Positions 26,096 to 35,513 of a stretch of DNA of 45,154 bases are shown here, piece after piece. The notes beneath the pieces are model-generated. The model worked only from the letters and a program-made list of their open reading frames with translations. It had not been told where the DNA came from and did no database searches. Numbering within the stretch: the first letter of the stretch is position 1; every line of letters starts with the position of its first letter. The position numbers were made by a program, and so were the translations under genes. Where the stretch lies: NCBI GenBank assembly GCA_016204255.1, contig JACQLA010000002.1:1-45154 (forward strand), written 5' to 3'. This DNA is from Candidatus Microgenomates bacterium. GTDB taxonomy: Bacteria; Patescibacteriota; Microgenomatia; JACQLA01.

Positions 26096-26452
26096 CTAGT
26101 CGGAAGAAGGAAGAGGCTTAGGATTCTCTAAACTCATAGGCATATCGCAGCAATACGGTCTACCACCTTCTTGATCTTGAGGATCTTTAACAGAGGACTT
26201 TTTCGTACACAATATTTGCGTCTCACAACCAAAATTTATCTCACCGGCGCTAGTTTTTCTTATGCCACCTTTTAGCTCTGTTACCTCAATTCCCTCTCGT
26301 ATCCTTGTGAATGGATTAGCACATTTATAGCGTTTTCCTAATTGAGACACAGCTCCTTCCCGATATGGTTTTCCGTCACTAACCTGAGTTGTCCATTCAT
26401 GACCATCTTCTAATTTTGCGGTAGCGGTTATTACCGGCGCTTCTTTACTCAT
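26096..26452 (-). CDS. Small Cys-rich desulforedoxin-like metal-binding protein
   Basis: QLGKRYKC...CETQILCTK...YCCDMPM pattern. ATG 26452 is preceded by TGcTAAAAAT. Confidence 0.6.
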   Translation of the reverse strand: MSKEAPVITATAKLEDGHEWTTQVSDGKPYREGAVSQLGKRYKCANPFTRIREGIEVTELKGGIRKTSAGEINFGCETQILCTKKSSVKDPQDQEGGRPYCCDMPMSLENPKPLPSSD

Positions 26453-26484
26453 ACATCGATTTTTAGCACAACAAAAAATACCTG

Positions 26485-27027
26485 TCAATAGTCTTTCTTA
26501 AATCGGGCAAAAGGCCCGCCGGAAAATGGTAATTGCCGAAACTTCCTCTCCTCCTCCGGAGTCATCTGCCAGGGTTTGGGTGAAAGAAGGTGAATCACTC
26601 TTCCGTTAACCGGAATCAGCTCCGCGTTAAAATAAGGTTGACCAGTATCTTCATCAAGTCTTCGCTCTTTTTGCAAAGCAAAACCGGGAGGTGGCGTCTT
26701 TCTAAAAGCATTCTCAAGTAATCTAATCATGATTTGATTGGGACAGCGGGCAAAAACCTTTAAATCAATATCATTTCCTGTCGCTTCTTTACCGTCACGG
26801 ACATTACGCACTGAACTTCCTACCTCCCAAATTTCTCCTTGATTACCGACAACCCCCGAAAGCCAGTCCAGCACCGTTTTAACGTTAGTCTGATCTTCGT
26901 TAGGTAAGGCGGCAAACCATTGTCCGAAATCAACTTCTTTATTTAAAGCGTGCTGAAGACGTTCTCTTAGCGTATCTCGTATATTTAAGCGGCGGCCAAT
27001 CTGACCAATGTTTTCTAAATAAGTCAT
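26485..27027 (-). CDS. Pol-beta-type (minimal) nucleotidyltransferase-like protein
   Basis: VGSS...NDIDL motif. Confidence 0.6.
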   Translation of the reverse strand: MTYLENIGQIGRRLNIRDTLRERLQHALNKEVDFGQWFAALPNEDQTNVKTVLDWLSGVVGNQGEIWEVGSSVRNVRDGKEATGNDIDLKVFARCPNQIMIRLLENAFRKTPPPGFALQKERRLDEDTGQPYFNAELIPVNGRVIHLLSPKPWQMTPEEERKFRQLPFSGGPFARFKKDY

Positions 27028-27130
27028 TTTCTTAAAAATATCATTTATTCTGGTTTTTACAAGTCTATTTTACGAGTTTTACGAATTACAAGGTTTAACC
27101 TCGTTTTACGTTTTAGGCTGATTTGACAAT

Positions 27131-27829
27131 CTATTCAGTTTCGGTCACTACTTGAATTTCCACCCATTTTCCATCCGAGGAGATTTCAAACGTCACCGGA
27201 TAAGGGAAAGTATTGGTAATATAAAGGTTCTGGTTGGCACTATTCCGGCTCCCGTCTGGCGAATAAAATACGGATGTCCCGTACTCCCGCGGAACTTCAG
27301 GAACCGGTAAAAAGTCGTGATTAACCATAGATTTTACAGTAAGTCCCGCCTCCGAAGCTACCCAGTTAAACAATGAGGCCAAATGGCAAACCCCATCCCC
27401 TACTAAATAACCATCGCTTTTATAGCCATCGCTGAAGCCAAAGCCGCTTTTTCCTGCAATTACATCTTTATCTTTAAACTCAGAGTGAAGATTTTTATGG
27501 TAGGCAAAAGTTTGCTCCGGTTTTAAGGTCATTGTGAACTCAAAAGGCGCACGAACCTTTTCCCAGTCAATTTTACCATTCTTATCCTTTAATTCCTCGC
27601 TGTCGCCTTTAAGGTAATGCAGATTCAAAAGAATATTGTCGGCAAAAACCTCATTAACGCTTTTAACCGGATGTCGGGTTGAGAGATCAAGAGTTTTTTG
27701 AGCCAAAACCTTTTCTTCAGACTTAAATTCCTCAGGGGCCACGTTTAATACTCCTGCCACGGTTGCCTGATCGGCAGGAGTTAAAAGGGAAAGGCCCAAA
27801 AGGGCTAAGGTAGAGATAAAATTATCCAT
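27131..27829 (-). CDS. VanW-family exported protein
   Basis: VGDGVCHLASLF..A..AGL.V...NH and NLYITN.F.YPV motifs, N-terminal hydrophobic segment. Confidence 0.8.
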   Translation of the reverse strand: MDNFISTLALLGLSLLTPADQATVAGVLNVAPEEFKSEEKVLAQKTLDLSTRHPVKSVNEVFADNILLNLHYLKGDSEELKDKNGKIDWEKVRAPFEFTMTLKPEQTFAYHKNLHSEFKDKDVIAGKSGFGFSDGYKSDGYLVGDGVCHLASLFNWVASEAGLTVKSMVNHDFLPVPEVPREYGTSVFYSPDGSRNSANQNLYITNTFPYPVTFEISSDGKWVEIQVVTETE

Positions 27830-27835
27830 AAAGGA

Positions 27836-27867
27836 GAAAAAGAAAAGTGCTTCACACGAAGCACTTT
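27836..27867 (-). terminator. Intrinsic terminator-like hairpin
   Basis: AAAGTGCTTC-GTGT-GAAGCACTTT followed by TCTTTTTC on the minus strand. Confidence 0.7.
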
Positions 27868-27876
27868 AGAAGGCGA

Positions 27877-27905
27877 ATTCTAGCACAAAAATGGGGGAAA
27901 GTCAA
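27877..27905 (-). promoter_or_regulatory. Putative sigma70 promoter
   Basis: TTGACT-17 nt-TAGAAT with extended TG. Confidence 0.65.
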
Positions 27906-27926
27906 GTCGACTGAAGTAAAACACTC

Positions 27927-29336
27927 CTACCTCGCCCAATCCACAAAGCCTGTAAGTGCCTTCAGAAGATATTTTGGGGACCGGATTTTCGACAATGTTT
28001 TAAATATTATTCTCGGCCGAAGATAAAATTTTCGGTAGGCAAGTCGCCGAAGCTCCATAATTTCTTTGGCTGAAAGATTGGGTGAAGTTAAAATGGAAAA
28101 ATTCTGTTCAAACAGGGCCCAGTTACTACTTTCCAACCAACCCCTATCTATGGCTTGCTGATATAGTTCCGATCCTGGAAAAGGAACAGCGCAATAGAAT
28201 TGAGCAAAATCAAAGGGTAAATCACAGGCTAGCTTAATGGTTGTCAGAATTGTTTCTCTGCTCTCGCCGGGAAAACCAATCATAAAATGACCTGTTACCA
28301 AAAGACCTTCCTGTTTAGAGGCCAAAACGGCATTTCGGATTTGATCGACTTTAATACACTTTTTCATTGTTTTGAGAACTTTATTTACTCCGGACTCGAC
28401 TCCAAAACCAATTTGCCAACAACCGGCCTCCCTCAGCTTGACTAAAAGCTGCTGGTCAACATGATCCACCCGACTGTTAACGACAAATCGCACCTTTAAT
28501 CCCCGCTTTATAATTTCCTCACAAACACCGATAGCAAAATCACGATTTAAGGTAAAAGATTCTGTCCAAAACAAAAAATCATTAACTTTAAATCTCTTTT
28601 GATCATATTCAATCTCATCCACCACCCGGAATGGCGAGGGCAAGCGCAAACCTCGACTATAGTAAACTTTGTCTGCACAAAAAACACACGAGTAGGGGCA
28701 TCCCCTACCCGTTCCCACCAAAAGAAAGGGTTTATCGCTTAAAGGCATCCGATAATTTGCGACATCTATCTTTTCCCAAGCTGGAAAGGGTAAATCATTT
28801 AAATTTTTGATAGGATTTTGAGGAGGATTATGAATTATTTTTTGCCCATTTTTCCAGGAAATCCCCTTCACTACCGCCAGCCCTCCATTGTTTTTTAAGC
28901 TTTTGGCTAAATTGAGTGTGGTTTCTTCAGGTTCACCCCTGATAATAAAGTCAAGTTTTGGCTCGATTCTGAAGCAGTCATCAGGAAGAGCGCTGACATG
29001 AATTCCAAAGGTCGAGGTTTTAATCTGTGGATTCAACTTCTTAGCAAAAGTGGCCATTGAAAGATCGCTTTCAATCGAACCTGAAGCTGTATTAAAAACA
29101 ATAAGATTTGGTTTGAAATCTTTGATAATTTTTCCCAAACCGGTAAAGCCCACATTTTCTGTAATGGCATCCACAAGTTTTGTTTCAAACCCACCTTTTT
29201 CTAAAACCGCGGCGATGGTGGCTAGAGAAATCGGCGACCAAACGGATGTCCATGCTCCCTCTCGCTGCATACATCTTCCCTCCCGAACCATGCGAACACC
29301 AGATGCGGTCGGTGGATTTAAGAGTAGGATCTTCAT
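27927..29336 (-). CDS. B12-binding-domain radical SAM protein
   Basis: RGCPYSCVFC, GIHVS, IRGEPE, FGVESG. Confidence 0.92.
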   Translation of the reverse strand: MKILLLNPPTASGVRMVREGRCMQREGAWTSVWSPISLATIAAVLEKGGFETKLVDAITENVGFTGLGKIIKDFKPNLIVFNTASGSIESDLSMATFAKKLNPQIKTSTFGIHVSALPDDCFRIEPKLDFIIRGEPEETTLNLAKSLKNNGGLAVVKGISWKNGQKIIHNPPQNPIKNLNDLPFPAWEKIDVANYRMPLSDKPFLLVGTGRGCPYSCVFCADKVYYSRGLRLPSPFRVVDEIEYDQKRFKVNDFLFWTESFTLNRDFAIGVCEEIIKRGLKVRFVVNSRVDHVDQQLLVKLREAGCWQIGFGVESGVNKVLKTMKKCIKVDQIRNAVLASKQEGLLVTGHFMIGFPGESRETILTTIKLACDLPFDFAQFYCAVPFPGSELYQQAIDRGWLESSNWALFEQNFSILTSPNLSAKEIMELRRLAYRKFYLRPRIIFKTLSKIRSPKYLLKALTGFVDWAR

Positions 29337-29364
29337 TTTTTGAGAAAAACAAGCTCTGCTTATT

Positions 29365-30045
29365 TTAAAAATATAAGTACTTAAAAAGAGTATAAAGGTG
29401 TCTTAGCCAAACTTTACGCAAACTAATTCTTGACTTCCCAAAACGGCGAGTATACTCATGAGCCGGGACTTCAACGACTCTTAATCCATGTTTTAAACTT
29501 TTGATCAATATCTCTTGTTCGACAGCAAAGCCATCTTCCTTAATATTAAACTTTTTTGCCAGATCTCTTTTAATGGCCCGGAATCCATTTTGACTATCGG
29601 ATAAATCAGTTTTAAAACGATAGTTAATTAAAATCGTTACGATGTGACTACCTGTCTCCCTGATAAACCGGTAAAATGTGCCATGTGACTCATCGCTCCC
29701 CCCAAGAATTCTTGACCCAATCACGTGATCAGCCTTATCGGCTAAAATCGGTTTAACCAAATTTTTAATATCGGCGGGGTCATGAGAACCGTCTCCATCC
29801 ATAAAAACTAAAACCTCGCTTGCTGCTTTTTTAATTGCCACCTTTATTCCCCCGCCTTTACCCCAACCCGGATCCGAGAAAACTTTAGCTTTAAATTTTT
29901 GAGCGATTTCCCTTGTTTTATCCGTGGACTGTCCATCAATGACTAAGATTTCCCCCGGAAAATTCTTTAGATTTTTTAAAAGATAGGGAAGACTTTTTTC
30001 TTCGTTTTTGGTAAAAATAATAACAGAGATTTTATCTTTGGCCAT
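29365..30045 (-). CDS. GT2 glycosyltransferase (polyprenol-phosphate glycosyltransferase/DPM1-like)
   Basis: IDGQSTD, MDGDGSH (DxD), DSQNGFRA, R..GKS. ATG 30045 directly follows the upstream stop. Confidence 0.9.
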   Translation of the reverse strand: MAKDKISVIIFTKNEEKSLPYLLKNLKNFPGEILVIDGQSTDKTREIAQKFKAKVFSDPGWGKGGGIKVAIKKAASEVLVFMDGDGSHDPADIKNLVKPILADKADHVIGSRILGGSDESHGTFYRFIRETGSHIVTILINYRFKTDLSDSQNGFRAIKRDLAKKFNIKEDGFAVEQEILIKSLKHGLRVVEVPAHEYTRRFGKSRISLRKVWLRHLYTLFKYLYF

Positions 30046-30046
30046 T

Positions 30047-31519
30047 CTAGTCCTCTCTTTCTGCTGATTTTTTATCATCTCCTCGGAAAGCAAAGTCAAA
30101 AACCTGAGCTGCAGCTAGTGTCGCCCGACGAAGCTCACCAATGCTTTTGATACTTGTTAGCCATTTTAACCAAAGGCTGGGCTTGAGGTAAAATTTTCGA
30201 TAGGCCAACCTTAATAATCTCCCCAGCTCTTCTTCTGAAACTTCGGTAAAAACCCTATTATAAAAAGCGCTGGTATGGAGCTTTGATAAATCAGCCGCAC
30301 TTCCGTCGACAATCTCCGGAAATCGAGTTGCAACTTGAGTAAAAAGACGCGTGCCGGGAAAAGGCGTACAAATTCCAAACGTAGCCAGTGAAGGGTTAAG
30401 ATCTACAGCAAAATCGATTGTTTTTTTAATTGTGCCGACAGTATCACCCGGCATTCCGATCATTAAGTGGGCATGGGTATCAATTCCGAACTTGCGGCAC
30501 CAGCGAAAAACCTTTTTAGTTTGCGTAAGCCTTATTCCCTTTTTAGAGTTATCTAGAATCTCTTGAGATCCGGACTCCACTCCAAACCGGATCAAGTGAC
30601 AACCAGCTCGTTTCATTATCTTAAGCATTTCCCGGTCAATCGAGTCAATTCTGCTTGAGCAAATCCAGGAAATTTTAAGATCTTTTTTAATCATCCCCTC
30701 GCAAATCTCCAAAACCCGTTTTTTTGAAGCGGTAAAAATTTCATCCCGGATAAACACCTCTTTAAAATCCAAGCGCTTAATTTCTTCAAATTCGGCAAGA
30801 ACGCTTTGCGCACTCCTTAAACGAACCCGGTGGCCGTAAAAAATTGGTGAAGCGCAAAAAACACAAAGCCCCGGGCAGCCACGGGCCGAAAACATTGTCG
30901 TAAAAGGGACTTTCCTGACGATGGGATTAAAATAGTGAATATTTTTTGGAAGCAAGGTTCGATCAGGAATCGGCAAATCATCCAGATTTTCAATCAGGGG
31001 ATAAAAATCATTAATCACCGGTTTTCCCTTCTTTTTAAAACCAATCCCCTTAATCTCTTCCCAATTTTTGCCCTTTTCAAAAGCATTTATTAGATCTCTT
31101 AAGACAAGCTCTACCTCGCGGCGAATAATAATGTCTATTCCCGGTTTGGAAAGTGTTTCTTTCGGCATTGCCGTGGGATGCCCGCCGAAAACGATCGTTT
31201 TAAGATTTTTATTTGCCATCTTTAATTCCTTAAGTATTTGTGCATCCTCATTAATACTTGAGGTTGAAGTTAAAACAACTACGGCGTCAAAATTATGTAT
31301 CTTTTTTTTAAGAGTTGTCAGCGGAGTTTGAGTTGCCATGGCGTCTAAAACACAAACCTGATGACCCGAATTCTTTAAAACTGTGGCGGCCAAAGTTAAA
31401 GAAACAGGCGGAAAAGTAACTCCGCCTATTCTTTTCCCTCGACACCAGCAACCGTAAACCAAATCCCGGGCTACGTTCTTGGCAAACTTTGAGGGAGGAA
31501 CCAAAAATAAAACTTTCAT
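30047..31519 (-). CDS. B12-binding-domain radical SAM protein
   Basis: RGCPGLCVFC, GGHPT, FGVESGS. Confidence 0.92.
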   Translation of the reverse strand: MKVLFLVPPSKFAKNVARDLVYGCWCRGKRIGGVTFPPVSLTLAATVLKNSGHQVCVLDAMATQTPLTTLKKKIHNFDAVVVLTSTSSINEDAQILKELKMANKNLKTIVFGGHPTAMPKETLSKPGIDIIIRREVELVLRDLINAFEKGKNWEEIKGIGFKKKGKPVINDFYPLIENLDDLPIPDRTLLPKNIHYFNPIVRKVPFTTMFSARGCPGLCVFCASPIFYGHRVRLRSAQSVLAEFEEIKRLDFKEVFIRDEIFTASKKRVLEICEGMIKKDLKISWICSSRIDSIDREMLKIMKRAGCHLIRFGVESGSQEILDNSKKGIRLTQTKKVFRWCRKFGIDTHAHLMIGMPGDTVGTIKKTIDFAVDLNPSLATFGICTPFPGTRLFTQVATRFPEIVDGSAADLSKLHTSAFYNRVFTEVSEEELGRLLRLAYRKFYLKPSLWLKWLTSIKSIGELRRATLAAAQVFDFAFRGDDKKSAERED

Positions 31520-33111
31520 AATCTTTTAATTAGGTTAATCGTCCTTTTTTCATTCAAAATTTGCGACAAATCTTCTTTCTTTTCCCAAATTAATGAGGAA
31601 GGGGTAAAAAATAAGGAAGTCGGGGTATATTTTTGGCAAAAATTGGTAGTCTTTACCAAGGATTTTAAAAAGACACCGTCTTCTAAAGAAATCTCGTCTT
31701 TAAGGATGATTTCGTCCATCTTTATCACCAAATCTCTTTTTAAAAATACCGGTGCGGTTTTGACAGAAGATATATATCGCCTTTTTATCCATCGCTCAAT
31801 AAATTTTGCAACGAAATCAATTCTACCCAAAGTATAGTTAAATAAACGGAAAAAAATAATTTTTTGACCCATTGCAGGCTCCCTTATAAAACAAAACTTT
31901 GCCCGAACCGCTCCTTTTTGCCAATGTGGGTTTAACCACTGCGAGGAAACAATCCGACCATCATTGAGTCTTCCCAACCAACCAGTATCAGAAAAGGACA
32001 ATTTCCCGTTTTTGAAAACCTTAATTACTCCATTTTTCTTGTAAGAAAAGACTAAATAAAAATTTTTATTTTTTCTCACCCCTAGTCCTGCCTCTGGAAA
32101 ATCTTTTTCAAATTCGATATTTTCTTTTTCTGCTGTTTTTTTGCTTCCAAGTTTTTCAGTTTCCCCATTCCTTCGTTTTTCTGCTTCCAGATATGCCTGA
32201 ATCCAGTTTCCTAAAAAGAAGAAGATTAAATAGCGGTCGTCGAAAGAGTCAAATGGCTCCCAAATATCAAGAATATCCTGCGCTTGAGATAAGCGATAGG
32301 ATAAGACTTCCAAACCCGTCGGAATCAAGAACTTGGTCCCCCGCGAACCGTACTCTCCCCCATAGCTTCCATCGGGATGAATGAAGTAAGACATAAAATT
32401 GACTGCCTTTTCTAAAGCAGTTAAAACTTTTTTCTCTTTTGTCTTTTGAAAATATTTGGCCAGAAAATCGACAGTCAAAGATAAATATCCCAGGTCCGCC
32501 CCACCATATTCTGGAAACCATCCCTCTACAGATTGTAAGCCTGTCAAGACTCTGAAATTTTCCCAAGATGCTTTACGAAATTCATTTTTCCCCGTTAAAA
32601 GGTAGATATTATAAAGGGCAATTACGGCGCCGGCGGTATGATTTGAAACCTCAGAGTCAGGATTTTTTCTTAACCATCTTCCTGCCCTTTCTAAAGCTGA
32701 GCAAACAAGTCTTTTGTAATTTGGAGGGAATTCTTTGTCTAAAAGTAGGAGGGCCTCGGAAACCGCATAGGAAGTAAAGGCGGTGGCAACATAACTGTGT
32801 TCGTTTGGATACCACTCACTAAACGATCCGTCCGCGTGCTGGATTTTTACCCAAAAATCAGCCGCCGCACAAGTCAACTCTAAAATTTTCTTCTGGTCAT
32901 GATAAATATTTCCGGGAAATTTTTTCTTATATAAAAGTGCTAAGGTCAAAATTCCTGTCTGGAGAACACTCGACGGAAAATCTTTCTCGATTTTATAGTG
33001 CCAGAAGTCTCGATCAAGACAGCCGTAATTTTTTGAGTATTTATTTTGGTTTGTGGCTGAAAATAACCGGGGGCAGTTTTTAAGAATCAATTCTAAATAA
33101 TTACTTTTCAT
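31516..33111 (-). CDS. Hypothetical protein with alpha/alpha-barrel-like Q..DG.F repeats
   Basis: 531-aa ORF overlapping both neighbours. IQHADGSF, LQSVEGWF, FIHPDGSY. Confidence 0.75.
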   Translation of the reverse strand: MKSNYLELILKNCPRLFSATNQNKYSKNYGCLDRDFWHYKIEKDFPSSVLQTGILTLALLYKKKFPGNIYHDQKKILELTCAAADFWVKIQHADGSFSEWYPNEHSYVATAFTSYAVSEALLLLDKEFPPNYKRLVCSALERAGRWLRKNPDSEVSNHTAGAVIALYNIYLLTGKNEFRKASWENFRVLTGLQSVEGWFPEYGGADLGYLSLTVDFLAKYFQKTKEKKVLTALEKAVNFMSYFIHPDGSYGGEYGSRGTKFLIPTGLEVLSYRLSQAQDILDIWEPFDSFDDRYLIFFFLGNWIQAYLEAEKRRNGETEKLGSKKTAEKENIEFEKDFPEAGLGVRKNKNFYLVFSYKKNGVIKVFKNGKLSFSDTGWLGRLNDGRIVSSQWLNPHWQKGAVRAKFCFIREPAMGQKIIFFRLFNYTLGRIDFVAKFIERWIKRRYISSVKTAPVFLKRDLVIKMDEIILKDEISLEDGVFLKSLVKTTNFCQKYTPTSLFFTPSSLIWEKKEDLSQILNEKRTINLIKRL

Positions 33112-33985
33112 TTCCCTTTTTGGACAAAGTCACCATTAAATCGGCCAAAAAACCGATGGAGATTGTAAAAAAACCAATCATTAAAAGAATTAATTCCAGC
33201 ATTCTGGCCTCACCGTAAACAAAAAATGTCCAGAGACCCTTAACAACAGCCAAAAAAATTAAAGCTAGGCCGATCGGCAAAAAAACCTTCAAAGGATTGT
33301 AGATTAGAACCATCCTTACCACTGTAAGAAGATAGTTATAGGTATCTTTCAGCGGATGAAATTTTGACTTACCAATCCTTGTTTTATAAGAAATTGGCAC
33401 CCATTTAACTTGATGGCCATTAGCTAAAAAAGTCATTGTCATTGTCGTCACACAAGAAAAACCATCAGGAATAAGCCAGAGATATTTCAGCGCTATATCT
33501 TTTTTAAAAGCTCGCATACCGGAATTCAAATCAGGGATTTTAACTCCAGTTAGATAGCTTGCGAGACCTTTAATGAATGATTTTACCAGGAAACGAATAG
33601 GACGCAAAGTGCCGGCTTCTTTAACTCTCGAACCAATTACTTGATCAAAAACAGGAAAGTAATTTAAAATTTTATGAATATCAATTACCGAGTAACTGCC
33701 ATCAGCATCCATCATTAGAATAATTTCTCCTTTTGCATGCCGAATCCCCGTTTTCCTTGCGGCACCAGAACCGCGATTAGCGGGATGACGAATAACCTTA
33801 ACGCCGCTCCCTTGGGCTTTTTCACTAGTTTTATCAGTAGATCCGTCATCGACAACAATTATTTCGTACTGGTATCCGGGAACTTTGCTAATCATTTTTT
33901 TTAGATCAGCAATTACCCCGCTTATGGCTTCTACTTCGTTGTAGACAGGTAGAATAATACTTACAAAGAGGCGCTTGTCTAACAT
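33101..33985 (-). CDS. GT2 glycosyltransferase with two C-terminal TM helices
   Basis: VVDDGSTD, MDADG, DLNSGMRAF. Start ATG 33985 is 7 nt after TTGAAA-17-TATACT. Confidence 0.9.
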   Translation of the reverse strand: MLDKRLFVSIILPVYNEVEAISGVIADLKKMISKVPGYQYEIIVVDDGSTDKTSEKAQGSGVKVIRHPANRGSGAARKTGIRHAKGEIILMMDADGSYSVIDIHKILNYFPVFDQVIGSRVKEAGTLRPIRFLVKSFIKGLASYLTGVKIPDLNSGMRAFKKDIALKYLWLIPDGFSCVTTMTMTFLANGHQVKWVPISYKTRIGKSKFHPLKDTYNYLLTVVRMVLIYNPLKVFLPIGLALIFLAVVKGLWTFFVYGEARMLELILLMIGFFTISIGFLADLMVTLSKKGNEK

Positions 33986-34031
33986 GCGCATAAGTATACT
34001 TATAGCGTCTCTTATTTTCAATGACGAGTAA

Positions 34032-35513
34032 TCACGGTACGTTTTTCTGAGTCCACAGGAATCTTAATAAATAAAAAAATTTAGCATCATTCATTTTTAA
34101 TGCATTTAAAAAAACTATCAACTTACTTATCAGCCTTTCTGAGGGTAAAATTAAGACTATTCTTTTCGAAAAAGAGTAAATCAAATTATCATGGAAAAGA
34201 CTGCGGAGTTGAAATAGAATTTGATACTTTAAATACATATTGACCTTTTTCGAATCAACCGATCCGGTTTTATGTGTAAAACCAATAACGCCATTTTCAA
34301 TATCGTTAATTTCTTTATCGGAAATCAGTTTATAGCGCCGGGCAAAATTAATAATATCAGTTTTGGGGTAAAACGTGAGCCAAAAAGTCATTATTCGATC
34401 AACTTTAACCTGATTATATAATTTTAGACTTTTTTCAAGATCACTGCGGGTTTCCGAAGGAGCACCGAATATATTATCTACCGAAATTTTAATTCCAGCC
34501 TTTTTAATAATCATGATACTTTCTATAATTTTTTGATTACTTTCGTAGCGATGGAAAATTTCTTTCCGGATTCTTTCGGATCCTGATTGAACACCCATCG
34601 TAACCAACCAACAACCGCCCTCTTTTAATAAAGCAATAATTTTCTCGGAAACCGCCAGGGGGTGAACAGAACACCAAAAAGGTAACTTAATTTCAGATTT
34701 GTACAATGGAATAAATTTTTGCAGCCAAGGAAGAGAAAAAGTAAAAATATCATCACCGAAATTAACCAGCCGCACGTCCCATTTCTTTTTGGCCATTTTT
34801 AATTCTTCGATCACATTTTCTGGTGACCTTCTTCTAACATGATTTTTCTCTTTAATATAGAGATTATGGTACATATCGTTACTGCAGTAAGTGCAATTAT
34901 ACGGGCATCCTCTTGTGGTCATGATCAGATAGTGTTTAGCAAAAAGAGGCACTTTTTCGTAGAATATTTTTTTATCCGGCAGAGGAAGATTATCTAGATT
35001 CCAAATATATGGCCGAGGTGGATTTAGATTGATTTTTCCATTAAATCTAAAACCGAGGTTGGGAATTTTAGCTAGATATTTCGGGGATTCCTTTTTTTCT
35101 AAATGATTAAGTAGATTTACTAAAACTCCTTCTCCCTCACCAATAGCAACATAGTCAATAAAATCATTAAGCAGGACTTTCTCCGGAACCGCAGTGGCAT
35201 GAACCCCGCCGAAAATTATTGGAATCTTCGGTAAAGCTATTTTAAGATTTTGAGCAACCTTTAAACACCAATTATAGTTACCTGTATAAACGGAGAAACC
35301 GATTATATCGGGTTTAATTCTAAATGCCTTATTAATAATTTTTTTATCTATGGTAAAAATTTTTGAAAGGAAACGATTATCTATCAATTGATCTCCGGAG
35401 AAAATGGCTGGATCAAAAAGAAGATATGTTTTGTGACCCTTCGACTTTAACAAACTTGATAAATATTCTATGCCTAAATTTTCGGCGCCGTTATAAACAA
35501 ATAGTATTTTCAT
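34032..35513 (-). CDS. B12-binding-domain radical SAM protein
   Basis: RGCPYNCTYC, GGVHAT, GEGE, GVQSGS. Confidence 0.92.
   Translation of the reverse strand: MKILFVYNGAENLGIEYLSSLLKSKGHKTYLLFDPAIFSGDQLIDNRFLSKIFTIDKKIINKAFRIKPDIIGFSVYTGNYNWCLKVAQNLKIALPKIPIIFGGVHATAVPEKVLLNDFIDYVAIGEGEGVLVNLLNHLEKKESPKYLAKIPNLGFRFNGKINLNPPRPYIWNLDNLPLPDKKIFYEKVPLFAKHYLIMTTRGCPYNCTYCSNDMYHNLYIKEKNHVRRRSPENVIEELKMAKKKWDVRLVNFGDDIFTFSLPWLQKFIPLYKSEIKLPFWCSVHPLAVSEKIIALLKEGGCWLVTMGVQSGSERIRKEIFHRYESNQKIIESIMIIKKAGIKISVDNIFGAPSETRSDLEKSLKLYNQVKVDRIMTFWLTFYPKTDIINFARRYKLISDKEINDIENGVIGFTHKTGSVDSKKVNMYLKYQILFQLRSLFHDNLIYSFSKRIVLILPSERLISKLIVFLNALKMNDAKFFYLLRFLWTQKNVP

Noticed and set aside
24472-27115. Short repeat arrays as CRISPR
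   Set aside because: Units are 7-9 bp and degenerate with no unique spacers, and there are no cas genes
1385-35513. Alternative genetic code (TGA=Gly, code 25) or general TAG recoding
   Set aside because: Conserved genes are full length under code 11 and end at TGA or TAG at expected positions, including ATGA overlaps
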